NCBI GenBank assembly: GCA_013822395.1 | Contig: PNKK01000010.1 | Coordinates: 4,470-68,469 of the forward strand | Reading direction: 5' to 3' | DNA length: 64,000 nucleotides | Source: Anaerolinea sp. | Lineage (GTDB): Bacteria > Chloroflexota > Limnocylindria > Limnocylindrales > CSP1-4 | Part shown: positions 36,314 through 45,666 of the stretch, one piece after another | Layout of the letters: each line of letters begins with the position of its first letter | Numbering within the stretch: the first letter of the stretch is position 1 | Notes under the pieces: generated by a model | What the model was told of the DNA's origin: nothing | The model's database searches: none | What the model saw: only the letters and a program-made list of their open reading frames with translations | Made by a program: the position numbers and the translations under genes

Positions 36314-37447
36314 ATGATCGCCATCGAGCCGATCCGGGTTCTCGTGGTCGACGACTCGGCGTTCATGCGACACGCGGTGACCCGCCTCCTCGGCGAGTCC
36401 CCCGGGATCGAGGTCGTGGGCGCAGCGGCGAACGGCGAGGCGGGACTCGAGCTGGCACGACAGCTCCGACCGGACGTCATCACCCTCGATGTCGAGATGC
36501 CCGTCCTGGATGGACTCGGCATGCTCCACAGAGTGATGGCCGAGCAACCGGCACGGGTGATCATGCTGTCCAGCCTGACGACCGATGGCGCGGCGGTCAC
36601 CATGGATGCCCTGGCGTCGGGCGCCATCGATTTCGTGGCCAAGCCCTCAGGCTCGTTGTCGATCGACATCGGTCGGGTTGGTCTGGATCTCGTCGCCAAG
36701 ATCCAGGCTGCCGCCAGCATGTCCCAGGCCTCGTTCCTGGTCCATGCTCGCCGGGCGGCCATGCGGGTGGACCACGGTTCCGCGGCGATGCTCCCGCGTG
36801 GCGCCGCACCGGGAGGGATGCCCGATGCCCGGCAGGCTCGCGACGCGGGGAAGCCTCGGCCACCACGGACGGTGGCTCGGAAGATCGTCGTCATCGCGTC
36901 GTCGACCGGTGGACCGAGCGCGCTCCAGGCAGTGGTGGGTGGTCTTCCGGAACGACTCGGCGGTGCCGTCCTCATCGTCCAGCACATGCCGGCCGGCTTC
37001 ACGTCCTCCCTCGCGAGGCGCCTGGATTCGTCCGGCCGTCTCGAGGTGGTTGAAGCCGCTGCCGACGATCTCATCAGCGACGAACGGATCCTCGTGGCGC
37101 CGGGGGACTACCATCTCGTCAGCTCGGCAAGCGGTCGGATCCAGCTGGTCCGGCTGCCGCCCGTGAATGGGGTCCGCCCCGCGGCCGACGTCACGCTCCA
37201 ATCCCTGGCTCCCGTCTGGCGGGACCGGATGCTCAGTGTTGTCCTGACCGGCATGGGGAGCGACGGAACGGAGGGCGCCCGGGCGGTCAGGAAGCACGGT
37301 GGCGCGGTCTTCGCCCAGGACGAGGCAACCGCCACGATCTATGGGATGCCGAGGGCCGTCGTCGAGGCCGGGCTCGCCGATCGGGTGCTGCCGCTGGATC
37401 GGATGGCGGACGCCATCGCGGCCTGGGCCGATCCGGCGGTGCACTGA
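36314..37447 (+). CDS. cheB: Chemotaxis methylesterase CheB
   Basis: REC domain plus ASSTGGP, VQHMP, RPAAD, LTGMGSDG, IYGMP. Confidence 0.96.
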   Translation: MIAIEPIRVLVVDDSAFMRHAVTRLLGESPGIEVVGAAANGEAGLELARQLRPDVITLDVEMPVLDGLGMLHRVMAEQPARVIMLSSLTTDGAAVTMDALASGAIDFVAKPSGSLSIDIGRVGLDLVAKIQAAASMSQASFLVHARRAAMRVDHGSAAMLPRGAAPGGMPDARQARDAGKPRPPRTVARKIVVIASSTGGPSALQAVVGGLPERLGGAVLIVQHMPAGFTSSLARRLDSSGRLEVVEAAADDLISDERILVAPGDYHLVSSASGRIQLVRLPPVNGVRPAADVTLQSLAPVWRDRMLSVVLTGMGSDGTEGARAVRKHGGAVFAQDEATATIYGMPRAVVEAGLADRVLPLDRMADAIAAWADPAVH

Positions 37448-37645
37448 GCCAGGCGCTCTGCCGGGGCGGCGGCTCCCTCCCCGACCGTGCGGTGGCGGCC
37501 CCTCACATGGGTACTCCACCGGTCCATCGACGGCTGGTATGTTCCGATCCCGGACCTCCGATGCGGTCGACGAGCGATCTCGCAGGGTGCGTCCCTGGGT
37601 CCCGCTTCTTCAGTGGCTGGGGGAGAAGGACGACCGAGCGTACAG

Positions 37646-39037
37646 ATGACCATCCCAGCCGACGTCACCTCGCGGCCCCGACGGGGCGCCATCGGTGATC
37701 CAGCGGTCCTTCTGCCCGCGGTCCTGCATTCCCCGGAGCTCGCTCCCGCGACGGCTTCGACGGGCCACCCACCTCGACGCTTTGCGCCCATCGTGGCGGT
37801 CTCGGCACCACCTGCATCTCCCCACCGCGGTGCCGGGTCGGCCGAGCGCCGGCTCGACGAGGTGGAGGCCATCGCCCGGATCGGCTCGTACTCGCTCCAT
37901 GTCCCGTCGGGACGATGGGTCAGCTCGAAGGGCCTCGACGCGATCCTCGGGATCGACGGCGCCTTCGATCGATCGATCGAGAGGTGGATCTCGCTCGTCC
38001 ATCCGACTGATCGCGAGGCCGTGCGCGGCCACCTCGTCGTCGACGTCCTCGGCGGAGGGCACCCGTTCGACCGGCGCTACCGGATCGTCCGAGCCGACAC
38101 GGGCGAGGAGCGGTGGGTCCACGGGCGCGGCACGCTCGAGCTCGACGGCTTCGGCCGGCCGCAGCGGTTGCTCGGAACGATCGCCGACATCACCGAGCTC
38201 CACCGGAGCGAGGACCGGGACGACGAGCTGGTTCGCGAGCGCATCCGCGACGCTCTGGCGGACGGCGGCCTGCGGCCCGTCTTCCAGCCGGTGGTCGCGC
38301 TGGCGTCGGGCGAGGTCATCGGCTACGAGGCGCTCACCCAGTTCGCGAACGGGACCCCTCCCGATCAGCTGATCAACGAGGCGCACGGGGTTGGTCTCGG
38401 CATCGAGCTCGAAACCGCCTGTCTCACAGCTGCGCTCGGGGCCACCGAGGCGCTCCCGGCGGGCACCTGGCTCAGCCTGAACGTCTCGCCGGCACTGATC
38501 CTCCGGGAAGGCACGCTGTCTGGGCTCCTCGCCGGTCGGTCACGCCGGATCGTTCTCGAGATCACCGAGCACGCGGAGGTCAACGACTACGATGCGGTCC
38601 GCCGGGCGATCGCGGGCCTCGGACCCACGGTCGGTCTCGCGGTCGATGACGTCGGCGCCGGATTCGCCAGTCTCCGCCACGTGATCGAGCTCCGGCCCCG
38701 GTTCGTCAAGCTCGACATGAGCCTCATCCGCCACGTGGATCGCGATCTGACCCGCCAGGCGATGGTCGCCGGCATGCGGCAGTTTGCGGCTCGCGCCGAC
38801 TGCGAGGTCATCGCCGAGGGAATCGAGGAGCCCGGTGAGCTCGAGGTGCTGCGCGAGATCCAGCTGTCCCTCGGCCAGGGGTTTCTGCTCGGTCGGCCGA
38901 AAGGCCGCGGCCAGTTCGACGACCCCGAACTGAGAGCCCCGGCGGCTCCGCTCCGTACCGGTAGTGGCGATCCCGTACCTCGTCTCGGCGGCGATCCCCC
39001 TCGACCGGTTACTCGCCCAACCGCGGCGTGTCGTTGA
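37646..39037 (+). CDS. PAS-EAL c-di-GMP phosphodiesterase-like protein
   Basis: PAS (LVHPTDR, YRIVRADTGEERWV); EAL motifs FQPVV, YEAL, LNVSP, LEITE, DDVGAG, VKLD, AEGIE, QGFLLGRP. Start uncertain. Confidence 0.88.
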   Translation: MTIPADVTSRPRRGAIGDPAVLLPAVLHSPELAPATASTGHPPRRFAPIVAVSAPPASPHRGAGSAERRLDEVEAIARIGSYSLHVPSGRWVSSKGLDAILGIDGAFDRSIERWISLVHPTDREAVRGHLVVDVLGGGHPFDRRYRIVRADTGEERWVHGRGTLELDGFGRPQRLLGTIADITELHRSEDRDDELVRERIRDALADGGLRPVFQPVVALASGEVIGYEALTQFANGTPPDQLINEAHGVGLGIELETACLTAALGATEALPAGTWLSLNVSPALILREGTLSGLLAGRSRRIVLEITEHAEVNDYDAVRRAIAGLGPTVGLAVDDVGAGFASLRHVIELRPRFVKLDMSLIRHVDRDLTRQAMVAGMRQFAARADCEVIAEGIEEPGELEVLREIQLSLGQGFLLGRPKGRGQFDDPELRAPAAPLRTGSGDPVPRLGGDPPRPVTRPTAACR

Positions 39038-39074
39038 CCGTTGCGTCCACGGGGCCGAAAGCGAGAGGATACCG

Positions 39075-39653
39075 ATGACACTCTGGCGCGCGAACCAGGT
39101 TGGCCGCTCGGTGGCGCCCCTGCCGCCGTTGCAGTCGCCGACCCCCATCGGGTCGGCTGTGGAGCAGTTCCTGCGAGCTTGGACAGAGGACCTGTACGTC
39201 AGCGGCTTCATCTCGGGCTGGGGTCGCCTGTCCGATGCCCTGAACCAGCGGGAGCCGTTGAGGATCGAACAGGCGCGGGTGCACGGCCTGCGCTCGGCCA
39301 GCTGGCTGCCCCGGCCGGATGGTGAGATGGTGATCGATCCCTTCGACCTGGAGCTCGCGCTCGGCTACGCCATCGTGGGGTCGGACGCCGAGCGAGCGGC
39401 CAAGCGGATCCACAAGGTCAGATATCCGGTGCTGATCGAGGGCCAGGAATTCGAGGTCCTCGGCACGATGCATGTCTTCCCGGGCAACGCGCCGGAGTAC
39501 GCGACGCATCGCAGCGGCCTGCTGTTCCTGCCGATCACGGAACCGTCCGTGCGTCGCCGGCAGCGCCTGGTGAGCGACCGCTACACCGATGTCGCCCTCG
39601 TGAATCGATACGCGATCCGGCGCATCCGTCAGCTCGACAGCCGGCCCAGCTGA
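39075..39653 (+). CDS. Conserved hypothetical protein
   Basis: Globular-looking ORF with SD GAGGA; motifs GRLSDALN, EVLGTMHV, FLPITE, VALVNR. Confidence 0.7.
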   Translation: MTLWRANQVGRSVAPLPPLQSPTPIGSAVEQFLRAWTEDLYVSGFISGWGRLSDALNQREPLRIEQARVHGLRSASWLPRPDGEMVIDPFDLELALGYAIVGSDAERAAKRIHKVRYPVLIEGQEFEVLGTMHVFPGNAPEYATHRSGLLFLPITEPSVRRRQRLVSDRYTDVALVNRYAIRRIRQLDSRPS

Positions 39654-39823
39654 GCCGGCCACTCGGCCGCCGCTGGTACTTCCGGCGTCACCCGCGCCCG
39701 GACCTTCGACCCTCCACGGTCCGGCGACCCATCCCGGTCCTTCCGCAGTCGAGCGGATCGAACCGACAATCGGGCCCGCCAACGGCCCTGCCGAGATGGA
39801 CCGAAGCAGTCGAGGAACACAGC

Positions 39824-40522
39824 ATGTCGCTTGTCGTCAGTCGACCGACGCAGACTCGACGGTCGTTCGCATTCACGTCGCCGTCTCGCCCGCGGCAGCT
39901 GCTGCACGCGATCGTGGCCCATCCGGTCGCCGTGATCCGTGCAGGGCTCGGGGTGCTCCTGAGTGATGAAGCCTTCGGTCAGGTGACGGGCGCCCCCTCC
40001 ACCTTCGACGCCCTGCGGATCGCGGGGATCCATCATCCGGATGTCGTTCTGTTTGACTTCTCGGCAGGCGGGGGTCCGGCCGTCGGTCGGCTGTTCGCCG
40101 GCCTCTGGCCGCGCCCGGTCCTTGTCGGCCTGGTGGGACCCGGCTCCACGATCGGCGCCCGCGAGTGCCTGGACGCCGGTCTGGACGCCGCCATCGCGCT
40201 CGAGGGCGCCACCGGCGAATCGATCCTCGACGCCGTCCGGGTCGCCATGGACGGCAGAGGTCCAGTCGTATCCGGGTTCCGCCCTGACCAGATCGGCGAT
40301 CAAGCCGTCGTGATCGACGATCACCAGACGTCGGTGCTCACCCGGCGGGAGCGCGAGATGCTGCATCTCATCGGAGAGGGTCTCTCCAATCGGGAGATCG
40401 CCGAGGTCCTGGGCCTCTCGGTCAAGACGGTCGAGGCGCATCGAGGCAATCTGAGCCGCAAGCTCAACATCCGCACGCGCTCAGGCCTGATGCGCGTCGC
40501 CATGGGCACGCTCGTCAGCTAG
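39824..40522 (+). CDS. LuxR-type regulator with degenerate receiver domain
   Basis: LTRREREMLHLIGEGLSNREIAEVLGLSVKTVEAHR HTH; the receiver lacks the acidic pair and the Lys. Confidence 0.87.
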   Translation: MSLVVSRPTQTRRSFAFTSPSRPRQLLHAIVAHPVAVIRAGLGVLLSDEAFGQVTGAPSTFDALRIAGIHHPDVVLFDFSAGGGPAVGRLFAGLWPRPVLVGLVGPGSTIGARECLDAGLDAAIALEGATGESILDAVRVAMDGRGPVVSGFRPDQIGDQAVVIDDHQTSVLTRREREMLHLIGEGLSNREIAEVLGLSVKTVEAHRGNLSRKLNIRTRSGLMRVAMGTLVS

Positions 40523-40545
40523 ACGGCGACCAGAAGGTCCCGGCC

Positions 40546-40857
40546 ATGATCCCGCTGACCCGCCCTGACGGCTCCACCCTGCTCGTGAACCCGAACAGGA
40601 TCGAGACGGTCGAGCAGACGCCCGACACCGTCATCACGCTGGCCGATGGCAAGAAGCTCCTCGTGCGCGAGAGTGCCGCGGAGGTGTCGGCACGCTTCCT
40701 GGCGCATCAACGTGCGGTCCACGCCATGTCCGAGGGACTGCGCGATCCTGCCGAGGGCGAGGCGACCGGCGACGGCGATCCTGCCGAGGGCGACGGCGAG
40801 GCGACCGGCGAGGGCGAGGACGGGACCGTCGACCTCGACTCGTTCGCAATCCGATGA
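40546..40857 (+). CDS. flbD: Flagellar protein FlbD/SwrD
   Basis: MIPLTRPDGSTLLVNPNRIETVEQTPDTVITLADGKKLLVRES. Confidence 0.93.
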   Translation: MIPLTRPDGSTLLVNPNRIETVEQTPDTVITLADGKKLLVRESAAEVSARFLAHQRAVHAMSEGLRDPAEGEATGDGDPAEGDGEATGEGEDGTVDLDSFAIR

Positions 40858-41669
40858 TCGGCGTCGTCTTCGCGCTCGCGGCGGTGCTCCTGACGCTCGT
40901 GCTCAAGGGCGTCAGCCCGATGGTCCTCGTCAACCTGCCGGCGATCTCGATCGTCATGCTCGGGACGTTCGGCGCGACGATGGCGTCGTTCGGTCTCCCT
41001 GCGTTCCTGAAGCTTCCGAAGCTGATGAGCGTCGCCATGCGGGCGCCGGCAGCGGAATCGCGAACGATGCGGGACCAGCTCGTCACCTTCGCGGAGCGAG
41101 CCCGGCGCGAAGGACTGCTGGCGCTCGAATCCGACATCGAGGAAGTCAGGGACTCCTTCGTCCGCCGCGGTCTCCAGATGGTCATCGACGGCCTCGAGCC
41201 CGAGACGGTGGAGGAGGTCCTGGAGCTCGAGGTCGAAGCGATGTCCAGGCGCCACGCCCATGGCGCGATGATGCTGGCGGCGATGGCGGGCTACGCCCCG
41301 ACCTTCGGCATCCTGGGCGCCGTCATGGGCCTGATCGCCGTGATGGCCAAGCTGTCCCAGCCGGAGAAGCTGGGCGAGGGAATCCAGGTCGCCTTCATCG
41401 CCACGCTGCTGGCCGTCGGCGTCGCCAATATCGTGTTCATGCCCCTGAGCGTCAGTCTCAAGGGACACTCGGCCACCGAGGCCGCCGGCCGTCGGATGGC
41501 CATGGCCGGGATTCTGGCGATCCAGGCCGGCGACAACCCGCGCATGGTCGCGCGAAAGCTCGACACGTTCCTCGACCCCGGCGTCAAGGCGACCACGAGC
41601 GATGCCCGGCCAGAGGCCGGAGTGGCCACCAGGCTGGCTGACGGCGTCCCCCAGGCGGGAGCGTCCTGA
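40854..41669 (+). CDS. motA: Flagellar stator protein MotA
   Basis: ARREGLLALE, GLQMVIDG, GYAPTFGILGAVMGLI, AFIATL, IQAGDNP. Confidence 0.96.
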   Translation: MIGVVFALAAVLLTLVLKGVSPMVLVNLPAISIVMLGTFGATMASFGLPAFLKLPKLMSVAMRAPAAESRTMRDQLVTFAERARREGLLALESDIEEVRDSFVRRGLQMVIDGLEPETVEEVLELEVEAMSRRHAHGAMMLAAMAGYAPTFGILGAVMGLIAVMAKLSQPEKLGEGIQVAFIATLLAVGVANIVFMPLSVSLKGHSATEAAGRRMAMAGILAIQAGDNPRMVARKLDTFLDPGVKATTSDARPEAGVATRLADGVPQAGAS

Positions 41670-42448
41670 TGCAGCGCCGCCGGCGAGCCAGCGACCACGG
41701 AGAGTTCCATGCCGACGAGCGCTGGCTCATCACCTACGCCGACATGATCACGCTGCTCCTCGCGGTCTTCATCGTGCTCTACGCGTTGTCCGACCAGAAC
41801 GTCCGGAAGTTCACGGCATTCGCGCAATCCGTCGCCGCCGCGTTCAGCACGGAGGTCTTCCAGGGCACCGAGGCAATCACCGTGACGAGCGGGCAGCAGA
41901 GCGCGCCGAGCACGGACACGTTCGACGCCGGTTCGGGGGTGCTGTCCACGGACCTGCGAACCGTCGAGGCCACCGTCAGAGACTTCGCCGTGGAGAACGG
42001 CGTCGGTGGACAGGTCTCCGTCGACCGCGTGCCGGAGGGGATCGCCATCCGGATCAGCGACGCGCTCCTGTTCTCGAGCGGGCGGGCCAGCCTCGACGCC
42101 CGCTCGAAGCGCCTGCTCGATCGAGTGATCGTGGTCGTCGGACCGCTGCCCAACCGGCTGAGGATCGAGGGACACACGGACGATGAGCCTCCTGCCGGCC
42201 CCTTCTACACCGACAACTGGAGTCTCTCGGTTGCCCGCGCCCTCGCCGTTCTCAGGGCGATGGTGGAGGGCGGCGTGGACCGGTCCCGGCTGGCCGCCGC
42301 GGGATATGCGGAATTTCAACCGATCGTCCCGATGACCGACGACGCGTCGCGGGCGCGCAACCGCCGCGTGGACGTGCTGATCCTGTATCCGGACACCAGC
42401 TCTCAGCCGTTCGCACCCGTCAGCTCGCCCCAGGGGATCCTGCCGTGA
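41669..42448 (+). CDS. motB: Flagellar stator protein MotB (H+-type FIVLYA motif)
   Basis: ERWLITYADMITLLLAVFIVLYALS, IEGHTD, NWSLSVARA, NRRVDV. Confidence 0.96.
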   Translation: MQRRRRASDHGEFHADERWLITYADMITLLLAVFIVLYALSDQNVRKFTAFAQSVAAAFSTEVFQGTEAITVTSGQQSAPSTDTFDAGSGVLSTDLRTVEATVRDFAVENGVGGQVSVDRVPEGIAIRISDALLFSSGRASLDARSKRLLDRVIVVVGPLPNRLRIEGHTDDEPPAGPFYTDNWSLSVARALAVLRAMVEGGVDRSRLAAAGYAEFQPIVPMTDDASRARNRRVDVLILYPDTSSQPFAPVSSPQGILP

Positions 42449-42936
42449 AGCGGCCGAAGGGACGCCGGACGATCCTGTTCGGCGTCGTCCTGGGCCTCGC
42501 CCTGTCGGGCGGTCTGGCCTACGTCCGGCTGACGACGGCCGAGGGGCCGCCCGAGCCCGTGCCGGATCCGGGGGCTGGCCAGTACGGTCCGATGATCGCC
42601 CTCGAGGAGCGTGTCGTGAACCTGCAGGCGGGCGGCGCGTTCCGCTACGCCAAGATCGGCGTGACCGTGGAGATCCGCCCCCTCGACGCGTCGTTCTACA
42701 CGCTGGTCGGCGAGGAGAGGGCCGCCGCCGACGAGCTGGCGCGCAAGGAGTACGAGCCGATGGTGCCGCTCCTGCTGGACGCGCTCGGGACCGTCGTCTC
42801 CTCTCGAACCTCCTCCGACCTCGTGGCCGTCGACGGCCGAGCACGGCTCAAGGAGGAGCTCATCGGCGCCATGGGCGTGGTGCTCGGCGAGCAGGCGGTG
42901 CTGAACGTCTACTTCACCGACCTGGTCATGCAGTAG
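42445..42936 (+). CDS. fliL: Flagellar basal body-associated protein FliL
   Basis: N-terminal TM, VVNL, GRARLKEEL, VYFTDLVMQ. Confidence 0.92.
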   Translation: MKRPKGRRTILFGVVLGLALSGGLAYVRLTTAEGPPEPVPDPGAGQYGPMIALEERVVNLQAGGAFRYAKIGVTVEIRPLDASFYTLVGEERAAADELARKEYEPMVPLLLDALGTVVSSRTSSDLVAVDGRARLKEELIGAMGVVLGEQAVLNVYFTDLVMQ

Positions 42937-42946
42937 GACCCACGAG

Positions 42947-43930
42947 ATGCTATCGCAGGCCGAGATCGACGCCATCCTCCGGACCAGCCCCGTGTCCGAC
43001 GACGCGGATGCGCTGCCGCTGCACGCCATCGCCCCGGGCAGGACCGTGAAGACCTACGACTTCAGGCGTCCCGACAAGTTCTCCAAGGATCAGCTTCGAA
43101 CGCTCCAGGCCATCCACGAGAACGTCGCCCGGATCGCCGGCGCGCGACTTGGCGCGTCCCTTCGGAGCCCGGTCTCGATCCAGCTCGCCACGTGCGAGCA
43201 GACGGTCTTCGATGAGTACATCGCCGGCCTGGACCTGCCGACCCAGCTGGTGGTGCTCCGAGCGGGACCGCTGGCCGGGCCCATGCTCCTCGAGCTTGAC
43301 CTGAGGTTCGCCTTCGCCGGGATCGAACGGATGCTCGGCGGCCACGGAACACTGCCAACCGAGCGGCGCGAGCCGACGGCGATCGAAGGCGTCCTCATCC
43401 GGCGCCTCGTCGATGAGATCGTGCCCGCCATCGCCGAGGCGTGGGCCCATCTGACGACCTTCCCGATCGAGATCATCGAAACGGCGCTCGGCCCGGCTCT
43501 CCTGCGGGTCGCCGCGCCGTCCGAGGTGGCCGCGGTTCTGGCCTTCGAGATCCGCTTCGGTGGACGGGCCGCCACCTTCACGGTGATCTATCCGCATGCG
43601 GCCGTCGAGCCGATCCTGCCCCGGCTGTCGGCCACGGCCTGGTACGCCCAGACGGACCGCGACGGCGAAAGCGAGGCAAGCCGGCCGCTCCTCGAGGAGG
43701 CGCTCGACCATATCGAGATCGCGGTGACGGCGGTCCTGGGCGCCGTCGAGCTCCCCGTGGACACGCTCGCGGATCTCCAGCTGGGCGACGTCATCCGGCT
43801 CGACGAGCGGATCGCCGACCCGATCAGGATCTGGATCAGCGACCAGGTCCGTGCCTGGGGGATCCCCGGCCGGATCGACGACCGCCTTGCCGTGCAGCTC
43901 GTCGCACCCCTCACACCCGTGGAGGCCTGA
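42947..43930 (+). CDS. fliM: Flagellar motor switch protein FliM
   Basis: MLSQAEIDAIL, YDFRRPDKFSKDQLRTL, RMLGGHG, REPTAIE. Confidence 0.96.
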   Translation: MLSQAEIDAILRTSPVSDDADALPLHAIAPGRTVKTYDFRRPDKFSKDQLRTLQAIHENVARIAGARLGASLRSPVSIQLATCEQTVFDEYIAGLDLPTQLVVLRAGPLAGPMLLELDLRFAFAGIERMLGGHGTLPTERREPTAIEGVLIRRLVDEIVPAIAEAWAHLTTFPIEIIETALGPALLRVAAPSEVAAVLAFEIRFGGRAATFTVIYPHAAVEPILPRLSATAWYAQTDRDGESEASRPLLEEALDHIEIAVTAVLGAVELPVDTLADLQLGDVIRLDERIADPIRIWISDQVRAWGIPGRIDDRLAVQLVAPLTPVEA

Positions 43931-43933
43931 CCG

Positions 43934-45004
43934 ATGGATTGGACCGAGCTCGAATGGTCATCTCCGGGAGCCGAGGGGGACTCGCTCACGGCGTTCCTGG
44001 CCACCCACGGACCGCTCATCCGGTCAGCCCTCGACGAGGCCGCGGCGGCCACGATCCTGGGCCCGGCGTCGGTCGTCGGCGTACAGACGGCCGTGTGCTC
44101 CGCGGCGGATCTGCCCGACGGGTTCGTCCCGCTCGCAACGTTGGAGCTGCTGGGCACCAGCCGGCGGGCGGTCGGCGCGGCCCTCGACCCGACGCTCGGG
44201 AGCGAGCTGGGCGGCGCGGCCGTCGCCATTGAGGGCATCGCACGCGGGCTCCTGGAGGCGCTGGACGCGGTCCTCGGCGCGCTGGTCGGCGAAGGGCTGA
44301 GCCTCGGCCCGGCCGATGGCCTGCCCCGCGACGACGAGCTCCTCCTGGTGCGCCTCGGTGTGAGCTCGGGGACGGATCAGGAGGCCGCGCCGGAGGTTGC
44401 CGTGGTCGCCGTCGCGGCCCTCGCAGCGAGGGCGGAGCTGGCGACCCACATCCGGGCGCTCGAGACCCTCGGAGCGGCGACCTCCGACGAGCTCGCCACA
44501 GCCCCGGATGGTGCCCCGGGCATGACAGACGCAGACCTCCCCGAGGACGGGGCTCCGGCGCCCGCCGGGCCGGCCGCCGGGCCGGCCATCCCCGGCCCGG
44601 AGCCGACCGTTCCCGTCGACGGTGCGACGGCAGCGCCGGGCGTCGATTCCGGGTCGGAGATCGCAGCGCCGCCGGCCGCCCCGATCCGTGCCGTCCAGTT
44701 CCCTGTGCTGTCGGCCGCCCCGGCCCCGGCCGGACGGCAGAGCCTGGATCTCCTCCTGGGCGTGAACCTCGAGGTCTCCGTCGAGATCGGCCGGGCCCGC
44801 ATGATGATCCGTGACGTGCTCCGGCTGACCCCGGGCTCCATCGTGGAGCTCGACAAGCTCGCCGGCGAGAAGGTGGACGTCCTGGTGAACCGTCACCACG
44901 TCGCGACCGGCGAAGTGGTCGTCGTGGATGAGAACTTCGGCGTCCGGATCACCGAGATCGTCTCCCGAGACCGCAGGCTCGCCCCGTTCGAGGGACGGCC
45001 ATGA
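43934..45004 (+). CDS. fliN: FliN/FliY-like switch protein with divergent N-terminal domain
   Basis: C-terminal SpoA domain LDLLLGVNLEVSVEIGR...GSIVELDKLAGE...GEVVVVDENFGVRITEI. Confidence 0.88.
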   Translation: MDWTELEWSSPGAEGDSLTAFLATHGPLIRSALDEAAAATILGPASVVGVQTAVCSAADLPDGFVPLATLELLGTSRRAVGAALDPTLGSELGGAAVAIEGIARGLLEALDAVLGALVGEGLSLGPADGLPRDDELLLVRLGVSSGTDQEAAPEVAVVAVAALAARAELATHIRALETLGAATSDELATAPDGAPGMTDADLPEDGAPAPAGPAAGPAIPGPEPTVPVDGATAAPGVDSGSEIAAPPAAPIRAVQFPVLSAAPAPAGRQSLDLLLGVNLEVSVEIGRARMMIRDVLRLTPGSIVELDKLAGEKVDVLVNRHHVATGEVVVVDENFGVRITEIVSRDRRLAPFEGRP

Positions 45005-45666
45005 CCCATCTGTCGCGCGCAGTCGCGTGGCTCACCGAAACCGTCGAGCGGCTCCGCTCGGGACGATCGTCGGTGCGACTGGTCGCGGTGGCTCTCCTGA
45101 TCGGGTCGATCGCGCTCGGCGCGATCGGGCTGGCCGGCTCGCCGCCATCCGTCTCCTCGCCCGACCAGGCAACCGGTCCCGCCTCGGTCAGCGTGGGCTC
45201 GACCTCCCGCGACGATGGGTCGAGCGTGCCCGTCACGGGGCTCGGCGGAACGCCGGACCTGGGACTCGGAGGCACGCTGGACTCGGGGCTCGGCCGCGTC
45301 CTCGACATGGCCGGCAAGGGCGTCCTGGTCCTGGTCATGCTGCTGCTCACGCTGCGGCTCCTCAATCGCATGTCGTCCGCGGGCGGATCCGCCGCGGCCC
45401 ACCTGGTCGTCCTGGAGTCGCGCCCGCTCGCCCAGCGGGCCTCTCTGCACCTGGTCGCCGTCGGCGATCGCCGCCTGGTCGTCGGCCTGACACCCAGCGG
45501 TCTCGTCCCGCTGGCCGAGCTGACCGCCGACGAGCTGCCGGATCCCGCGGCCACGGACGGAGCGAACCGGCCGGTGACCGGTGTCGACCTGGGGAGGGGT
45601 GGACCGATCGAGGGGTTCGCCCGGGTGGCAGCTGACCTGGCGCGGCGCGGGGGCATCGTGCGATGA
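45001..45666 (+). CDS. fliO: Flagellar biosynthesis protein FliO
   Basis: TM plus LVVLESRPLAQRASLHLVAVGDRRLVVG; directly before fliP. Confidence 0.85.
   Translation: MTHLSRAVAWLTETVERLRSGRSSVRLVAVALLIGSIALGAIGLAGSPPSVSSPDQATGPASVSVGSTSRDDGSSVPVTGLGGTPDLGLGGTLDSGLGRVLDMAGKGVLVLVMLLLTLRLLNRMSSAGGSAAAHLVVLESRPLAQRASLHLVAVGDRRLVVGLTPSGLVPLAELTADELPDPAATDGANRPVTGVDLGRGGPIEGFARVAADLARRGGIVR

Noticed and set aside
40810-40860. Possible frameshifted motA N-terminus (VDLDSFAI in the flbD tail resembles MDL.. starts)
   Set aside because: motA begins at a normal ATGA overlap and retains its first hydrophobic segment; no frameshift is needed.
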